Source of the DNA: a virus
Virus genome (UHGV): UHGV-0011358
DNA length: 56,349 nt
Reading direction: 5' to 3' (one strand)
Positions within the stretch are counted from its first letter, which is position 1. Each line of letters starts with the position of its first letter. The position numbers and the translations under genes are program-made. The notes under the pieces were generated by a model. That model made no database searches and was not told the DNA's origin. It worked only from the letters and a program-made list of their open reading frames with translations. Below are positions 1-9,424 of the stretch, one piece after another.

Positions 1-2
1 GT

Positions 3-626
3 CACCCTAATCAGTCATATATAACCAGTAAAGAGAACATTAAAGATATACCCCCTTGTATCCCCCCAGAAGAAAAACATGTCAATCAGGATGGTGCAAA
101 CGAAGCGGCATTGCGTTGCCTGGCCTTCTACAACGACAAGGCAGGATGCAAATGTCGTGATGCGAAGCCATTCATCGAACTACTGACAGAAACAAAAACA
201 CGTAAAGCGTATACGGAGGATGAGATCACATTAGTGATTGAGTGGGCTTTAACGCAATGGCGTAGCCGTGGCGGAACACCTAAACCTATCAACATTTGCC
301 GGGTAACTAAATTTGACGGGTATCTTGCTGATGCTGAACAATGGCGCAATCTGTCAGTTACTGTAAACGCTGCCGATGTGGTAAATGAGTTTAACATCAC
401 GTTTGATGGCCTGTTGCCACCTGCTGAACTGGATCGGGATCTTGAACGTAAAATATATGCGTTCACTGACTACCTGAAAAACAAAAGCATTAACGGATTT
501 ATCGCCTACTTTGAAGCATTCAAGAGCAAGGCTTCAGACTTTTACTTCGGCGATGGCTTCACGGCGACACTTGATTTCCTGCTTAAACCAAAAACGCTAC
601 GCGATACACGCGCAGGCGCTCTTTGA
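3..626 (+). CDS. 5'-truncated ORF with no in-frame ATG; probably the C-terminal part of a replication initiator
   Basis: Frame open from position 3; track ORF starts at TTG 111 and the 171 aa contain no Met. An AT-rich stretch at 10-60 precedes it. Confidence 0.45.
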   Translation, partial: HPNQSYITSKENIKDIPPCIPPEEKHVNQDGANEAALRCLAFYNDKAGCKCRDAKPFIELLTETKTRKAYTEDEITLVIEWALTQWRSRGGTPKPINICRVTKFDGYLADAEQWRNLSVTVNAADVVNEFNITFDGLLPPAELDRDLERKIYAFTDYLKNKSINGFIAYFEAFKSKASDFYFGDGFTATLDFLLKPKTLRDTRAGAL

Positions 627-994
627 CCAACCACGATCCACAAAAACCCAAAATAACCCGCAAAACAAGCTCGCCAGCGAGATAAATCGCATGTGGTGCT
701 ACACTTGCTTACCTTTTTGCGATTAGCTCGTTATAGAGCGTTACAGAGAGGATTTCAAAAAATGGACGGTAAACACGTTTTTGCCCTGGTCTTTGCCATC
801 GCTGCGGCAATCGCTGTTAACGTCGCTTTGTTCGGCGGTTTGTTCCTTCTAGTCAATCCATAACCTACCCACCATTCTGTAAATCAAAAATTAGCCACCT
901 GAGAGCGTCTATAACGCAATAAGACACTGCAACCTATGCAAACGGGTTACGCGGTGGAATTTTGCGTTGTAGAGCGTTTTACGGAGAAAATACA

Positions 995-1735
995 ATGTCT
1001 GATTTAATGGTTTTTGATGTCGATAGCGAAGTATTAATGATTTCATCGCGTGAAATAGCAGAAGCAACAGGCAAGGATCATTCTTCTGTGGTTGTGCGTG
1101 ATATTAAAAACATGCTGATCGATTTAGGGTTTACTGAGCATGATTTTTATCCTGCAAAAATGCAGGATTATGAATTTATAGGGTTTTTGTTTAAGTACAA
1201 GCACTACAACGGTCGCAACGTCATTGATGAGGTTTTGCTAAATAAAGAGCTAACAATGTGCTTGATCACTGGCTATGACGTTAAGCAACGCATGAAGGTA
1301 ATTAAACGCGTTAAAGAGTTGGAGGAGGCGCAACACAAACTAGCTTTGCCGGATTTCACTGATCCGGTTGCGGCAGCCCGCGCATGGGCGGATGAGGTAG
1401 AGCAAAAATTATTAGTTAAGCAAGAAAATGAACGGCTTACACTGGTTAACAAACAGCTTGCGCCAAAAGCTGCTGTATGTGACGCGATAGTCAAAAACGA
1501 TATGCACCGCACGGCTTCAGAGGTAGCTAAACCGCTGGGAATGTCAGCCGTAAAATTAAACAGAAAACTTTCGGCGGTTGGTGTTTACGATCTTCGCTGT
1601 CGCCGTCGTGTATTCAGTCAGTGGTTTATTGATGAGGGCTACGGTGAAATGAGGGTAACTTACGATGGATATGAGCAGGCTGTATTCACTGCTAAAGGAC
1701 AAGTATGGATCACTGAGCTTTTAACTTGTAACTAA
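995..1735 (+). CDS. antirepressor-like protein (Rha-like N-terminus, KilA-C-like C-terminus)
   Basis: N-terminal SSREIAEATGKDHSSVVRDI resembles phage Rha regulatory proteins; ATG 995 preceded by GGAG. Confidence 0.55.
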   Translation: MSDLMVFDVDSEVLMISSREIAEATGKDHSSVVVRDIKNMLIDLGFTEHDFYPAKMQDYEFIGFLFKYKHYNGRNVIDEVLLNKELTMCLITGYDVKQRMKVIKRVKELEEAQHKLALPDFTDPVAAARAWADEVEQKLLVKQENERLTLVNKQLAPKAAVCDAIVKNDMHRTASEVAKPLGMSAVKLNRKLSAVGVYDLRCRRRVFSQWFIDEGYGEMRVTYDGYEQAVFTAKGQVWITELLTCN

Positions 1736-1769
1736 GTATACAATTTGTTATTCGTGAGGAAATGACACT

Positions 1770-2900
1770 ATGTCACAAAGAAAGATAAGCGATGAGCAAT
1801 TGATCGCTGAATATAACAACGGTTTAACGTACAAGCAGATCGCTGAAAAATATGGTATGTCAAAACGCAACGTCGAGCGGCTGGGCGCAAAGCTGGCGAA
1901 ACGCGGTTTATTATCAACGCGCCGCGCCCCTGGTTTTGGCGTCAATGGCGAGTCGTTACTGGTCGATAAGAACGGCAATGTGATCATGCGCTGGATTAAA
2001 ACAGCCCGTGACCGCGACGAAATGGAACAGCTAATGGAAGCAGCCCGCGACGCTTTCACGGATGAAATACCACGCGCGGAGGCTGTGCCAGTGCCTGAAA
2101 TTGATTTTCAAAAAAGCCTAGCCCTTTATCCGGTGTTTGATCTGCATATCGGGGCGCTTGCTCATAAAGCTGAATGCGGCGAGAGCTACGACACTGGGAT
2201 CGCTGAGCGCGTGTTAAATGACTTCTTTGACTACGCCGTGGGCGCTGCGCCGATGTCTGAAAAAGCCGTCTTACTTCTCGGTGGCGACCTGATTCACACT
2301 GACGGATTGTTACCAGTGACGCCATCAAGCAATCACGTTCTTGATTGCGATTCGCGCTATGCAAAACTTGTTTATGTAGCGATCCGGGCAGTACGGCGGG
2401 CAGTCGGGAAGATGTTGCTAAATCATAAGGATATTGAAATCCAGGTGTTATCAGGCAATCACGATCAGTCTGGTATGATTTGGCTACGTGCGGCGCTGGC
2501 GGCTTTTTACGAAGATGAACCGCGCGTGACGGTTGATGTGTCACCTGCTATCGTCCACCACACGCAGTACGGTAAAACATTTCTTGCTTACCACCACGGG
2601 CACACTATCAAAAAACCGGAAAATTTATTGGCTGCTTGCGTATCTGACTGGCGCGATGATTTCGGGAAGTCGAAATATGTTTACGTCCATGTCGGACATT
2701 TGCACCATAAATCAGTAACAGAATCATCTATAGGCATAGTTGAACACCACGGCACGTTAGCGGGCAAAGACGCTTATTCAACTAATGGAGGATGGAGATC
2801 GCAACGTTGCGCTGCGGTTATCCTTTACAGTCCTGATTATGGCGAAATTGGTCGCTTTGTATATAGGCCTGAAATGGTGGGGTGTCATGATGTGGGATGA
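1770..2900 (+). CDS. HTH domain fused to calcineurin-like metallophosphoesterase
   Basis: N-terminal HTH (LTYKQIAEKYGMSKRNVERL); phosphoesterase motifs DLHIG, GGDLIHTDG, GNHD, HHGH, GHLHH in canonical order. Confidence 0.55.
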   Translation: MSQRKISDEQLIAEYNNGLTYKQIAEKYGMSKRNVERLGAKLAKRGLLSTRRAPGFGVNGESLLVDKNGNVIMRWIKTARDRDEMEQLMEAARDAFTDEIPRAEAVPVPEIDFQKSLALYPVFDLHIGALAHKAECGESYDTGIAERVLNDFFDYAVGAAPMSEKAVLLLGGDLIHTDGLLPVTPSSNHVLDCDSRYAKLVYVAIRAVRRAVGKMLLNHKDIEIQVLSGNHDQSGMIWLRAALAAFYEDEPRVTVDVSPAIVHHTQYGKTFLAYHHGHTIKKPENLLAACVSDWRDDFGKSKYVYVHVGHLHHKSVTESSIGIVEHHGTLAGKDAYSTNGGWRSQRCAAVILYSPDYGEIGRFVYRPEMVGCHDVG

Positions 2901-3393
2901 TTTGTTTACATATAGCGACGGCGTTCTATATTGGTCTTGTAACCGTGCAAATAACAAAATAAAAGCAGGTAGCGTGGCTGGATGTAAACATTATCGCGGA
3001 TATTGGACTGTACGCGTTAATGGTATTTGTTGCACATGGCGTCACCGCATTATCTGGGAAATGTTTAACGGCCCTATTCCTGATGGAATGGAAATAGATC
3101 ACATAAATCATGTACCTGGTGACGATAGAATCGAAAACTTAAGGATGGTGACAAGGAAGGAGAATAACAGAAACAAAACAATGCCATCAAGTAATACTAG
3201 CGGATGCGTTGGCGTTACGTGGAACAAGAAAACCAATAAATGGCGTGCGCAAATAGGTATAAGGGGGTCTGATGGGAAAAAGAAAACAATATACGTTTAT
3301 TACGGTGACTCATTTGATGATGCCGTAAAAGCAAGAAAAGAAGCTGAAAGAATGTATAACTTTCATAGCAATCACGGTATTTCTTTACCCTGA
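2887..3393 (+). CDS. HNH homing endonuclease (HNH plus AP2-like domain)
   Basis: IDHINHVPGDDRIENLRMVTRKEN HNH motif and C-terminal AP2-like segment; paralog of three other ORFs in the window. Confidence 0.75.
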   Translation: MMWDDLFTYSDGVLYWSCNRANNKIKAGSVAGCKHYRGYWTVRVNGICCTWRHRIIWEMFNGPIPDGMEIDHINHVPGDDRIENLRMVTRKENNRNKTMPSSNTSGCVGVTWNKKTNKWRAQIGIRGSDGKKKTIYVYYGDSFDDAVKARKEAERMYNFHSNHGISLP

Positions 3394-3427
3394 ATTTTCC
3401 ATTTTGTAAACCGGAGGTAATAACATA

Positions 3428-4843
3428 ATGGTAACTGAACAAATAAACTCACTACGGCAGGAACGTGAAGCGTCAGTTATCGGCGGGCTGCTGTTAGGCG
3501 GCCTAACTCCTAACGCGCAAGATGTTCTCGCCACACTTGATCCTGAAGTGTTCACGATCCCGCTTTATAAACGTGCGTTTGAAGTTATCCGGGCGCAAGC
3601 CAGAAACAGAAATCTTATCGACGCCTTGCTGGTTGGTGATGAGATTGGTAATGAAAATTTCGTACCGCTAATGCAAACGGCGCGATCGTGCCCGTCTGCC
3701 GCAAACCTGAAAGGATACGCACAGCTACTACGTGAAGAGCACCAGCGGCGGCAGATGTTGGAACTCATCGACGATATGCGCTACAAGCTGGAAACGGGGA
3801 CGCTTGAAGTCGTCAAAGAGACGATGAAAGATTTTGATTCCCGGTACTCAAAATTAAAGGTAACGAAAGATAAGATCATTCCGGTTCTGTTGCGCGATGC
3901 GGTACAGGAATATACGGATGTTTTAAGCAAGCGCATGGAATGCGGTGTCAATTCTGACAACATCAAAACAGGTATAGAACCACTCGACGAAATGTTGGGC
4001 GGCATTAACGCTACTGATTTGGTACTTCTCGCCGGACGCCCTGGGTCTGGTAAATCTGCGTTGGCGCTGACAATTGCCCGCGCAGCCGCTGAACGCCCTT
4101 ACCCTGGCAGTAAAGAACAGCGGGTTGGCGTTTTGCTCTTCACGCTTGAAATGTCACTCGATCAGATGACTGAGCGGGCCATTGCTGGCGCTGGTAATTT
4201 ATCAACTGACTGCCTGCGCAATCCGGTAAAACTTGATGATGAGGGTTGGGCGCATGTAGGCCAGGGGATGAGCGCACTTGCTAATCTTGAGGTGTGGATC
4301 GTTGACGCGTCGCAGTTGACGGTTGAGGAAATACGCGCAACAACGGAACGCATGAAGCAGGAACACCCGAACCTGGGTATGGTAATGATTGACTACATCG
4401 GTCTAATGAAGCTGGCGAAGGCCGAACGTCACGATCTCGCTGTAGGGCAATTGTCATGGTCGTTGAAGATGATGGCGAAAGAATTGCGCGTACCAGTGTT
4501 GGCGCTGGCGCAGTTGTCACGCCGCGTTGAGGAACGACCGAATAAGCGTCCTAACAATTCAGATCTTCGTGATTCCGGGAACCTTGAGCAAGATGCTGAC
4601 AGGATCATCATGGTGTACCGCGATGGTTACTACGATGAGCAGTCTGTTGCCCGCGAATATATGGAAATCATTGTATCGAAAAACCGTCACGGGAAAACGG
4701 GGACTGTCTACCAGCGGTTTGACGATAACGGCAACATCATACCATGCGACCAGGGCAGGGCCGCCGCCGCGTGCATTCAATCTATGAATCACCGCACAAG
4801 CCGATTTAACCAACGAAACAACCAGGATAACGCATCTTATTAA
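3428..4843 (+). CDS. DnaB-family replicative helicase
   Basis: 471 aa; Walker A GRPGSGKSALAL and DnaB-like C-terminal motifs (QLSRRVEER, DSGNLEQDAD). Confidence 0.85.
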   Translation: MVTEQINSLRQEREASVIGGLLLGGLTPNAQDVLATLDPEVFTIPLYKRAFEVIRAQARNRNLIDALLVGDEIGNENFVPLMQTARSCPSAANLKGYAQLLREEHQRRQMLELIDDMRYKLETGTLEVVKETMKDFDSRYSKLKVTKDKIIPVLLRDAVQEYTDVLSKRMECGVNSDNIKTGIEPLDEMLGGINATDLVLLAGRPGSGKSALALTIARAAAERPYPGSKEQRVGVLLFTLEMSLDQMTERAIAGAGNLSTDCLRNPVKLDDEGWAHVGQGMSALANLEVWIVDASQLTVEEIRATTERMKQEHPNLGMVMIDYIGLMKLAKAERHDLAVGQLSWSLKMMAKELRVPVLALAQLSRRVEERPNKRPNNSDLRDSGNLEQDADRIIMVYRDGYYDEQSVAREYMEIIVSKNRHGKTGTVYQRFDDNGNIIPCDQGRAAAACIQSMNHRTSRFNQRNNQDNASY

Positions 4844-4922
4844 TCAATATGAGCGAACTGCTTACCGGAAAGTTTAGCGCTTTCTGGTGGCTGTTATCGC
4901 GTTTAAAACGAGGCTAAAAACA

Positions 4923-5480
4923 ATGAGCGCTGAACTTGAAACAAAAGTTATCAATGTCCTTGAACTTGATGGCATCGCAACAATGCACCAGTTACGCAAT
5001 AAAACGGGATTATTGGCTGGATATGACAAAGACGGATTGCTGCCTGAGACAATTAAACATTTAATAAAAAACGGTATCGTCGAGCGCGTATATACATGTT
5101 TTGGACGCCGCCGCCGTCTGCTGGGTTATCGTATTAAACAGTTATATGCTGAACGTCGTGGGCGTGTTGCGTCGTTATTTAGTGACTACAGCGTTAAAAA
5201 GCGTATGCGCGACATTAGCGCTGAAACGGGAATACCGTGGAATTATCTTTCTCGTACTATGCGTTTAATGGTGATTGATGAAACGCTTTGCGTTGATCCA
5301 AATAGACACGGCGTTAACTTTTACTCACTGTTTAAACCTGGGCGATTCGGTCACGCTAATGATTTGGCGTTTGACTTTGACAGCCGCCTGAACGAATACC
5401 GGAAAAATAACGGCCTGCTACCTGATAAACCAGTGTTTGAGATTGAAAAACTTAACGGTGAAACGGGGTTGGAATTATGA
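4923..5480 (+). CDS. hypothetical protein
   Basis: ORF in early-right operon; ATG 4923 chosen over the upstream GTG. Confidence 0.4.
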   Translation: MSAELETKVINVLELDGIATMHQLRNKTGLLAGYDKDGLLPETIKHLIKNGIVERVYTCFGRRRRLLGYRIKQLYAERRGRVASLFSDYSVKKRMRDISAETGIPWNYLSRTMRLMVIDETLCVDPNRHGVNFYSLFKPGRFGHANDLAFDFDSRLNEYRKNNGLLPDKPVFEIEKLNGETGLEL

Positions 5481-5683
5481 GACGGGTAATTTTTTATTCA
5501 GTTGAAACGTTTGTTGACGAATCTCACTTTAAATTCGCATGCGATCCTTGCGGCACAATGGTTTATACGCCGCCACTAATGCGCAAGTATAAGCACGTAA
5601 AATTTAACCGGGCTTTTGTGCCGATTCGTTACGCTTTGCAGGCGTTGCGCGGTGAATTACGAAACACAATGCGGATTGTGTAA
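5477..5683 (+). CDS. hypothetical protein
   Basis: 68 aa ORF; start overlaps the previous stop. Confidence 0.35.
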   Translation: MRRVIFYSVETFVDESHFKFACDPCGTMVYTPPLMRKYKHVKFNRAFVPIRYALQALRGELRNTMRIV

Positions 5684-5694
5684 GGGGGGGGGCT

Positions 5695-5892
5695 ATGGGC
5701 AAGGAATTGGATTTAACAGTGGAAGACTTAAGCACTATCGCGGAATACATGCGAGGCGATAATCCTGATAAGCCTGTCACGGTTGACATGAAATATTTAA
5801 AAGGCACTTTTATGACTTCTTCAAGATTGATAAGTCTTCAAATAATCATGAAAGCACGCAGCGAAAGCTATAAAGGGGTGAAGCATGAATAA
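5695..5892 (+). CDS. hypothetical protein
   Basis: 65 aa ORF with strong G-rich RBS upstream. Confidence 0.4.
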   Translation: MGKELDLTVEDLSTIAEYMRGDNPDKPVTVDMKYLKGTFMTSSRLISLQIIMKARSESYKGVKHE

Positions 5893-6445
5893 AGTGGTTA
5901 AATTCTCGTTTGATGATAAACAAGTGCAAACGGTTGTTTATGCAGATAAGCCCGCTTTTGTTGCAATGGATGTGGCGCGGGCGCTGGGGTACGCTACACC
6001 ACAAAAAGCCATCAAAGATCACTGTAAGTCATTGAAAAAAATAAAATGTTCTGAAATGGAACATTTGGGTTTTGCTCCAATCCCGCAAGGAATTACGCTA
6101 ATTCATGAACCGGATGTTTTTCGCTTAATTATGCATTCAAAACTTGAATCCGCCGAACGTTTCCAAGATTGGGTATTTGAGGAAGTGTTACCATCTATTC
6201 GTCAGAATGGCTATTACGGCGAAAAACCGAAAACACCGAATGACATGGCGGCGCACGTTAAAGGACTTATTTGTGACGGCGCAAGCGGTGAGCAAGTAAT
6301 GAATGCAGTAAGCAGTTTTGCCGCTGATAGCGAAACGGTCGGCAAGGTTGGTAGTCGCCTGTTAACGCAACGCAAGCGAGATAAAAAGCAGGTTAAGCAG
6401 TTAATAAAAGAAGTTAACGAGCGTTTTCAGTTGCAATTGTTTTGA
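5885..6445 (+). CDS. Bro-N domain protein (antirepressor-like)
   Basis: N-terminal FDDKQVQTVVYADKPAFVAMDVARALGY and later VFRLIMHSKLESAERFQDWVFEEVLPSIR fit the Bro-N pattern. Confidence 0.65.
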   Translation: MNKVVKFSFDDKQVQTVVYADKPAFVAMDVARALGYATPQKAIKDHCKSLKKIKCSEMEHLGFAPIPQGITLIHEPDVFRLIMHSKLESAERFQDWVFEEVLPSIRQNGYYGEKPKTPNDMAAHVKGLICDGASGEQVMNAVSSFAADSETVGKVGSRLLTQRKRDKKQVKQLIKEVNERFQLQLF

Positions 6446-6454
6446 GTTGATATC

Positions 6455-6886
6455 ATGCGGCAAATTAGATTTGAAATAGTAAACGACGCCGTAAAAGAAA
6501 ACGCTATCAGGCAGATAAGGGAGATCCAGCCTGATAGCAAAAGCCCGCTGATAATTACCATCCAGGAGAAAACACGATCACTGAGTCAAAACAGCCTTTT
6601 ATGGGCGCTATTAACAGACGTTAGCGATCAGGTTAATTGGTACGGTAAAAAGCTGTCACCGGAAGACTGGAAGGCGGTATTCACTGCCGGGCTTAAGAAA
6701 TATGGCGTTGTCCCTAATCTGGATAAATCAGGTTTTGTTGTGCTGGGTACGTCAACCAGCCGGATGAGTAAAGCAGAATTTAGCGAATTAATCGAACTGA
6801 TCTACTCGTTCGGCGCGGAACATGGTGTTCAGTGGTCTGGCGATACGAAGTTAAACGAGGAATTTATAAAACGCTGGGGGCGATAA
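6455..6886 (+). CDS. ninB: NinB-like recombination protein
   Basis: 143 aa with SQNSLLWALL motif and the size typical of lambda NinB. Confidence 0.7.
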   Translation: MRQIRFEIVNDAVKENAIRQIREIQPDSKSPLIITIQEKTRSLSQNSLLWALLTDVSDQVNWYGKKLSPEDWKAVFTAGLKKYGVVPNLDKSGFVVLGTSTSRMSKAEFSELIELIYSFGAEHGVQWSGDTKLNEEFIKRWGR

Positions 6887-7062
6887 TGGTGAGTTATTAC
6901 AGGGCCAAACCTACAGGCATTTTGTATAAGGTTGATGGCGAATACGTTTATTACTTTCACAATCAGGCGCGTGAGTGGCGATTGTGTCACGCGCACTTAC
7001 AGCACGAAATAGAAAATCACCCTGAATATTTTATCAAAGTTGACAATGTAACTGTGGCGTAA
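6886..7062 (+). CDS. hypothetical protein
   Basis: 58 aa ORF; ATG overlaps the ninB stop (TAATG). Confidence 0.4.
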   Translation: MVSYYRAKPTGILYKVDGEYVYYFHNQAREWRLCHAHLQHEIENHPEYFIKVDNVTVA

Positions 7063-7077
7063 TTGAGGATAAGCAAA

Positions 7078-7737
7078 ATGAGTGAATCAAGAGTAATTGG
7101 CATAATTCGTCATCGCACTAACCCTGATGTTTACCCATCGTTTGAGGTAACAACATGCCGCACGGAATACAATTTTGGATCATGCTATTTAGTTGGTGTC
7201 CGCGCTGATACTCGCGGCACTTATTCAGTTATGGCGTCAAGCTGGAAATTTGATAAATACGCTAATTTATCGAATAAGGATGATGACGGCATGAATAAAG
7301 AAAGTGAAATCATTGATGAATTAATCGAAGATGAACGCCATGATTGCGATAAACCGGAAGTTACAGAATGGAAGGCAGGAGAAAAGCCGCCGTGCGGAGT
7401 GTGGCTTGATTGCATTGGATCAAGAAGCGATATAGTGATTGATGTCGTTAAGTTTTTCTACCTGGGCGATAAGTGGTCTATTGCTCACAGTAAATTAGAA
7501 ACAGGTATTGAAACACCAATTGCATGGAAACAATACTCGTACCGCATTCACATTGACCCGAAAGAAAAAGCACTGGCGGAAATTGCGTTTGCGCTGGCTA
7601 CTAAGGTGATTGGTGAAGATGCGGCAAAAGAGATTGACTTTAACCATGACAATGATTTTTCGTGCGATTATCGCAATATGGCGCAAGCAATTATTGATGG
7701 ATGTATCGGGCACGTTGAATACACCGGGGGCAAATAA
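7078..7737 (+). CDS. hypothetical protein
   Basis: 219 aa ORF with GAGGA RBS; no recognised domain. Confidence 0.5.
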   Translation: MSESRVIGIIRHRTNPDVYPSFEVTTCRTEYNFGSCYLVGVRADTRGTYSVMASSWKFDKYANLSNKDDDGMNKESEIIDELIEDERHDCDKPEVTEWKAGEKPPCGVWLDCIGSRSDIVIDVVKFFYLGDKWSIAHSKLETGIETPIAWKQYSYRIHIDPKEKALAEIAFALATKVIGEDAAKEIDFNHDNDFSCDYRNMAQAIIDGCIGHVEYTGGK

Positions 7738-7955
7738 TGGATAAGATCGGGGCAATACTTATTAATCGTGAGCAAGTGCAAAAAATGTTAGGCGGGCTTA
7801 GCAAGTCCGCCTTTTTTAAACTGGTTAAAAAATGGAAGGATTCAGGTACTCCATTCCCTGAACCCGTTAAGGGAATGCCAGCATTAAAGCGCGGCGGTTC
7901 TCTTTACCGTTATCAGGATGTTATTTCATTTTGTAGGTCAATGGGCTTCATGTAA
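7737..7955 (+). CDS. AlpA/excisionase-like small DNA-binding protein
   Basis: 72 aa, basic, HTH-like; convergent with and overlapping the integrase 3' end. Confidence 0.4.
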   Translation: MDKIGAILINREQVQKMLGGLSKSAFFKLVKKWKDSGTPFPEPVKGMPALKRGGSLYRYQDVISFCRSMGFM

Positions 7956-9112
7956 TAATCAGCAAGCATGTTCATCGCCTCTGTCTGTTCCCTCACGTAG
8001 TCATACTGATCATATATAGCCAACATCCCCGCCAGCTTATGACCTAAAACCTTTTCTGCAACGTGAGGCGCAATGCCAATGGCAGAGAGGTTCGTTCTCA
8101 CAGTGCGGCGTAGATCGTGACACGACCACGGCTCGCCGCCCATCCTTAACATCAAATCCCTTGCCGCTGTTTTCGGTACACTTCTGTCCACCGCCTCATC
8201 CCTTCCAGAAAGCACAGGAACGAAGACAAAATTAAAGCTATGCAGATCCATAGCCTCACGCAATAAATCGACGCTAACGTCGGATAAACCGCGTTTAAAC
8301 TCGTTTCTGTTCTTACTCAATGCACCCGGCACAGTCCACACGCAGTTATCAAGATCGAAATGTTCTCGCCTTGCGTTTGTTAGCTCGCTTGTCCTGCATC
8401 CGGTGAATATAATCAGTTTCATCAATATCTGATTTAGACGCGCCATTTTTGAACTGTCTATAAGGCTGATTAGATGGCGAATCTCCTGTATTGACAAAAC
8501 CCGCTTCCCTTGCGCCGGGTTTTTACCAACGTCTTTCACGCGTAGTAAAGATATGTCGTCACGATCCACGCGGCGGCGACGCATGGCGTATTTTATTACC
8601 GCTTTCATTCTATTGAGAACTATGCCCGCCTGAACTGGTGCACCACCATTAGCCACCTTTCTAAAAACACCCTCCCACATCATAGCGTCCATATCATCGA
8701 CTATATAGCTACCGTATGACCTGATGACGTGCTTATTCAACATCGCTTCAACCTGCTTATAGTTAACCATGTTTCTTGCCTGTGGTGATTCCATGTACTC
8801 CCTGACAATATCCTCAACCGTTGCCCGTGTCGTAACGCGGGAAAAGTGCATTCTTTTTACGATTGATGGATCTCGTCCTGAGTTTAACACTTCCTTATGT
8901 TCAGCCACCGCCGCGCGGGCTTCTTTAAGTGTTATTTCTCCGTATGTGCCGATCTTCATCCGTCGAGGCTTGCCGTTGAATCGGTAGCGATACTGGAAAG
9001 ATATAACTCCGCGCGGGCTTATCCTGGCAGACAATCCGCCCGCATCCGGTACTTCTTCCGGGCCGTCGTATGGCTTGCCGTGGATGTTTCTTAGTTTGGT
9101 ATCTGTAAGCAT
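7913..9112 (-). CDS. int: tyrosine integrase (P4-like)
   Basis: MLTDTKLRNI N-terminus and C-terminal catalytic region (HDLRRT, HVAEKVLGH); ATG at 9112. Confidence 0.9.
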   Translation of the reverse strand: MLTDTKLRNIHGKPYDGPEEVPDAGGLSARISPRGVISFQYRYRFNGKPRRMKIGTYGEITLKEARAAVAEHKEVLNSGRDPSIVKRMHFSRVTTRATVEDIVREYMESPQARNMVNYKQVEAMLNKHVIRSYGSYIVDDMDAMMWEGVFRKVANGGAPVQAGIVLNRMKAVIKYAMRRRRVDRDDISLLRVKDVGKNPAQGKRVLSIQEIRHLISLIDSSKMARLNQILMKLIIFTGCRTSELTNARREHFDLDNCVWTVPGALSKNRNEFKRGLSDVSVDLLREAMDLHSFNFVFVPVLSGRDEAVDRSVPKTAARDLMLRMGGEPWSCHDLRRTVRTNLSAIGIAPHVAEKVLGHKLAGMLAIYDQYDYVREQTEAMNMLADYYMKPIDLQNEITS

Positions 9113-9370
9113 AATTTGGTCACTATTTGGTACACACATTTTACGCATGGATAGTACCACGATAGGGAACGATATGACACGATAGAATAAATATTTCTTT
9201 TTAAATCAACGCGAAACGGTGACGATGCGACACGATATGAAATTATAGAAATGGCACTATCCGTTTATCTTTTGAATGGGTAGCTTAACGAAAAATCTAT
9301 TGGTATTCAATATCTTATGATTTGTTTTTGTTTTTGATTTATCAATTTGGTCACAATTTGGTACACAAAA
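9113..9370. repeat. candidate attP region with arm-type direct repeats
   Basis: AATTTGGTCACNATTTGGTACACA at 9113-9138 and 9344-9368; three to four ACACGATA copies at 9158-9243. Confidence 0.4.
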
Positions 9371-9394
9371 AGAAACGAGGCGTAAGCCTCGTTT
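9363..9394 (-). terminator. rho-independent terminator after tail fiber gene
   Basis: Hairpin AAACGAGGC-GTAA-GCCTCGTTT followed by a T-run on the minus strand. Confidence 0.5.
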
Positions 9395-9424
9395 CGCGCG
9401 GCGATGCTCTTCGCACATCACCTC

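Noticed and set aside
111-626. Track ORF treated as an independent gene starting at TTG 111
   Set aside because: The frame is open from position 3 and the product has no Met; more likely the 3' part of a gene that begins beyond the window start.
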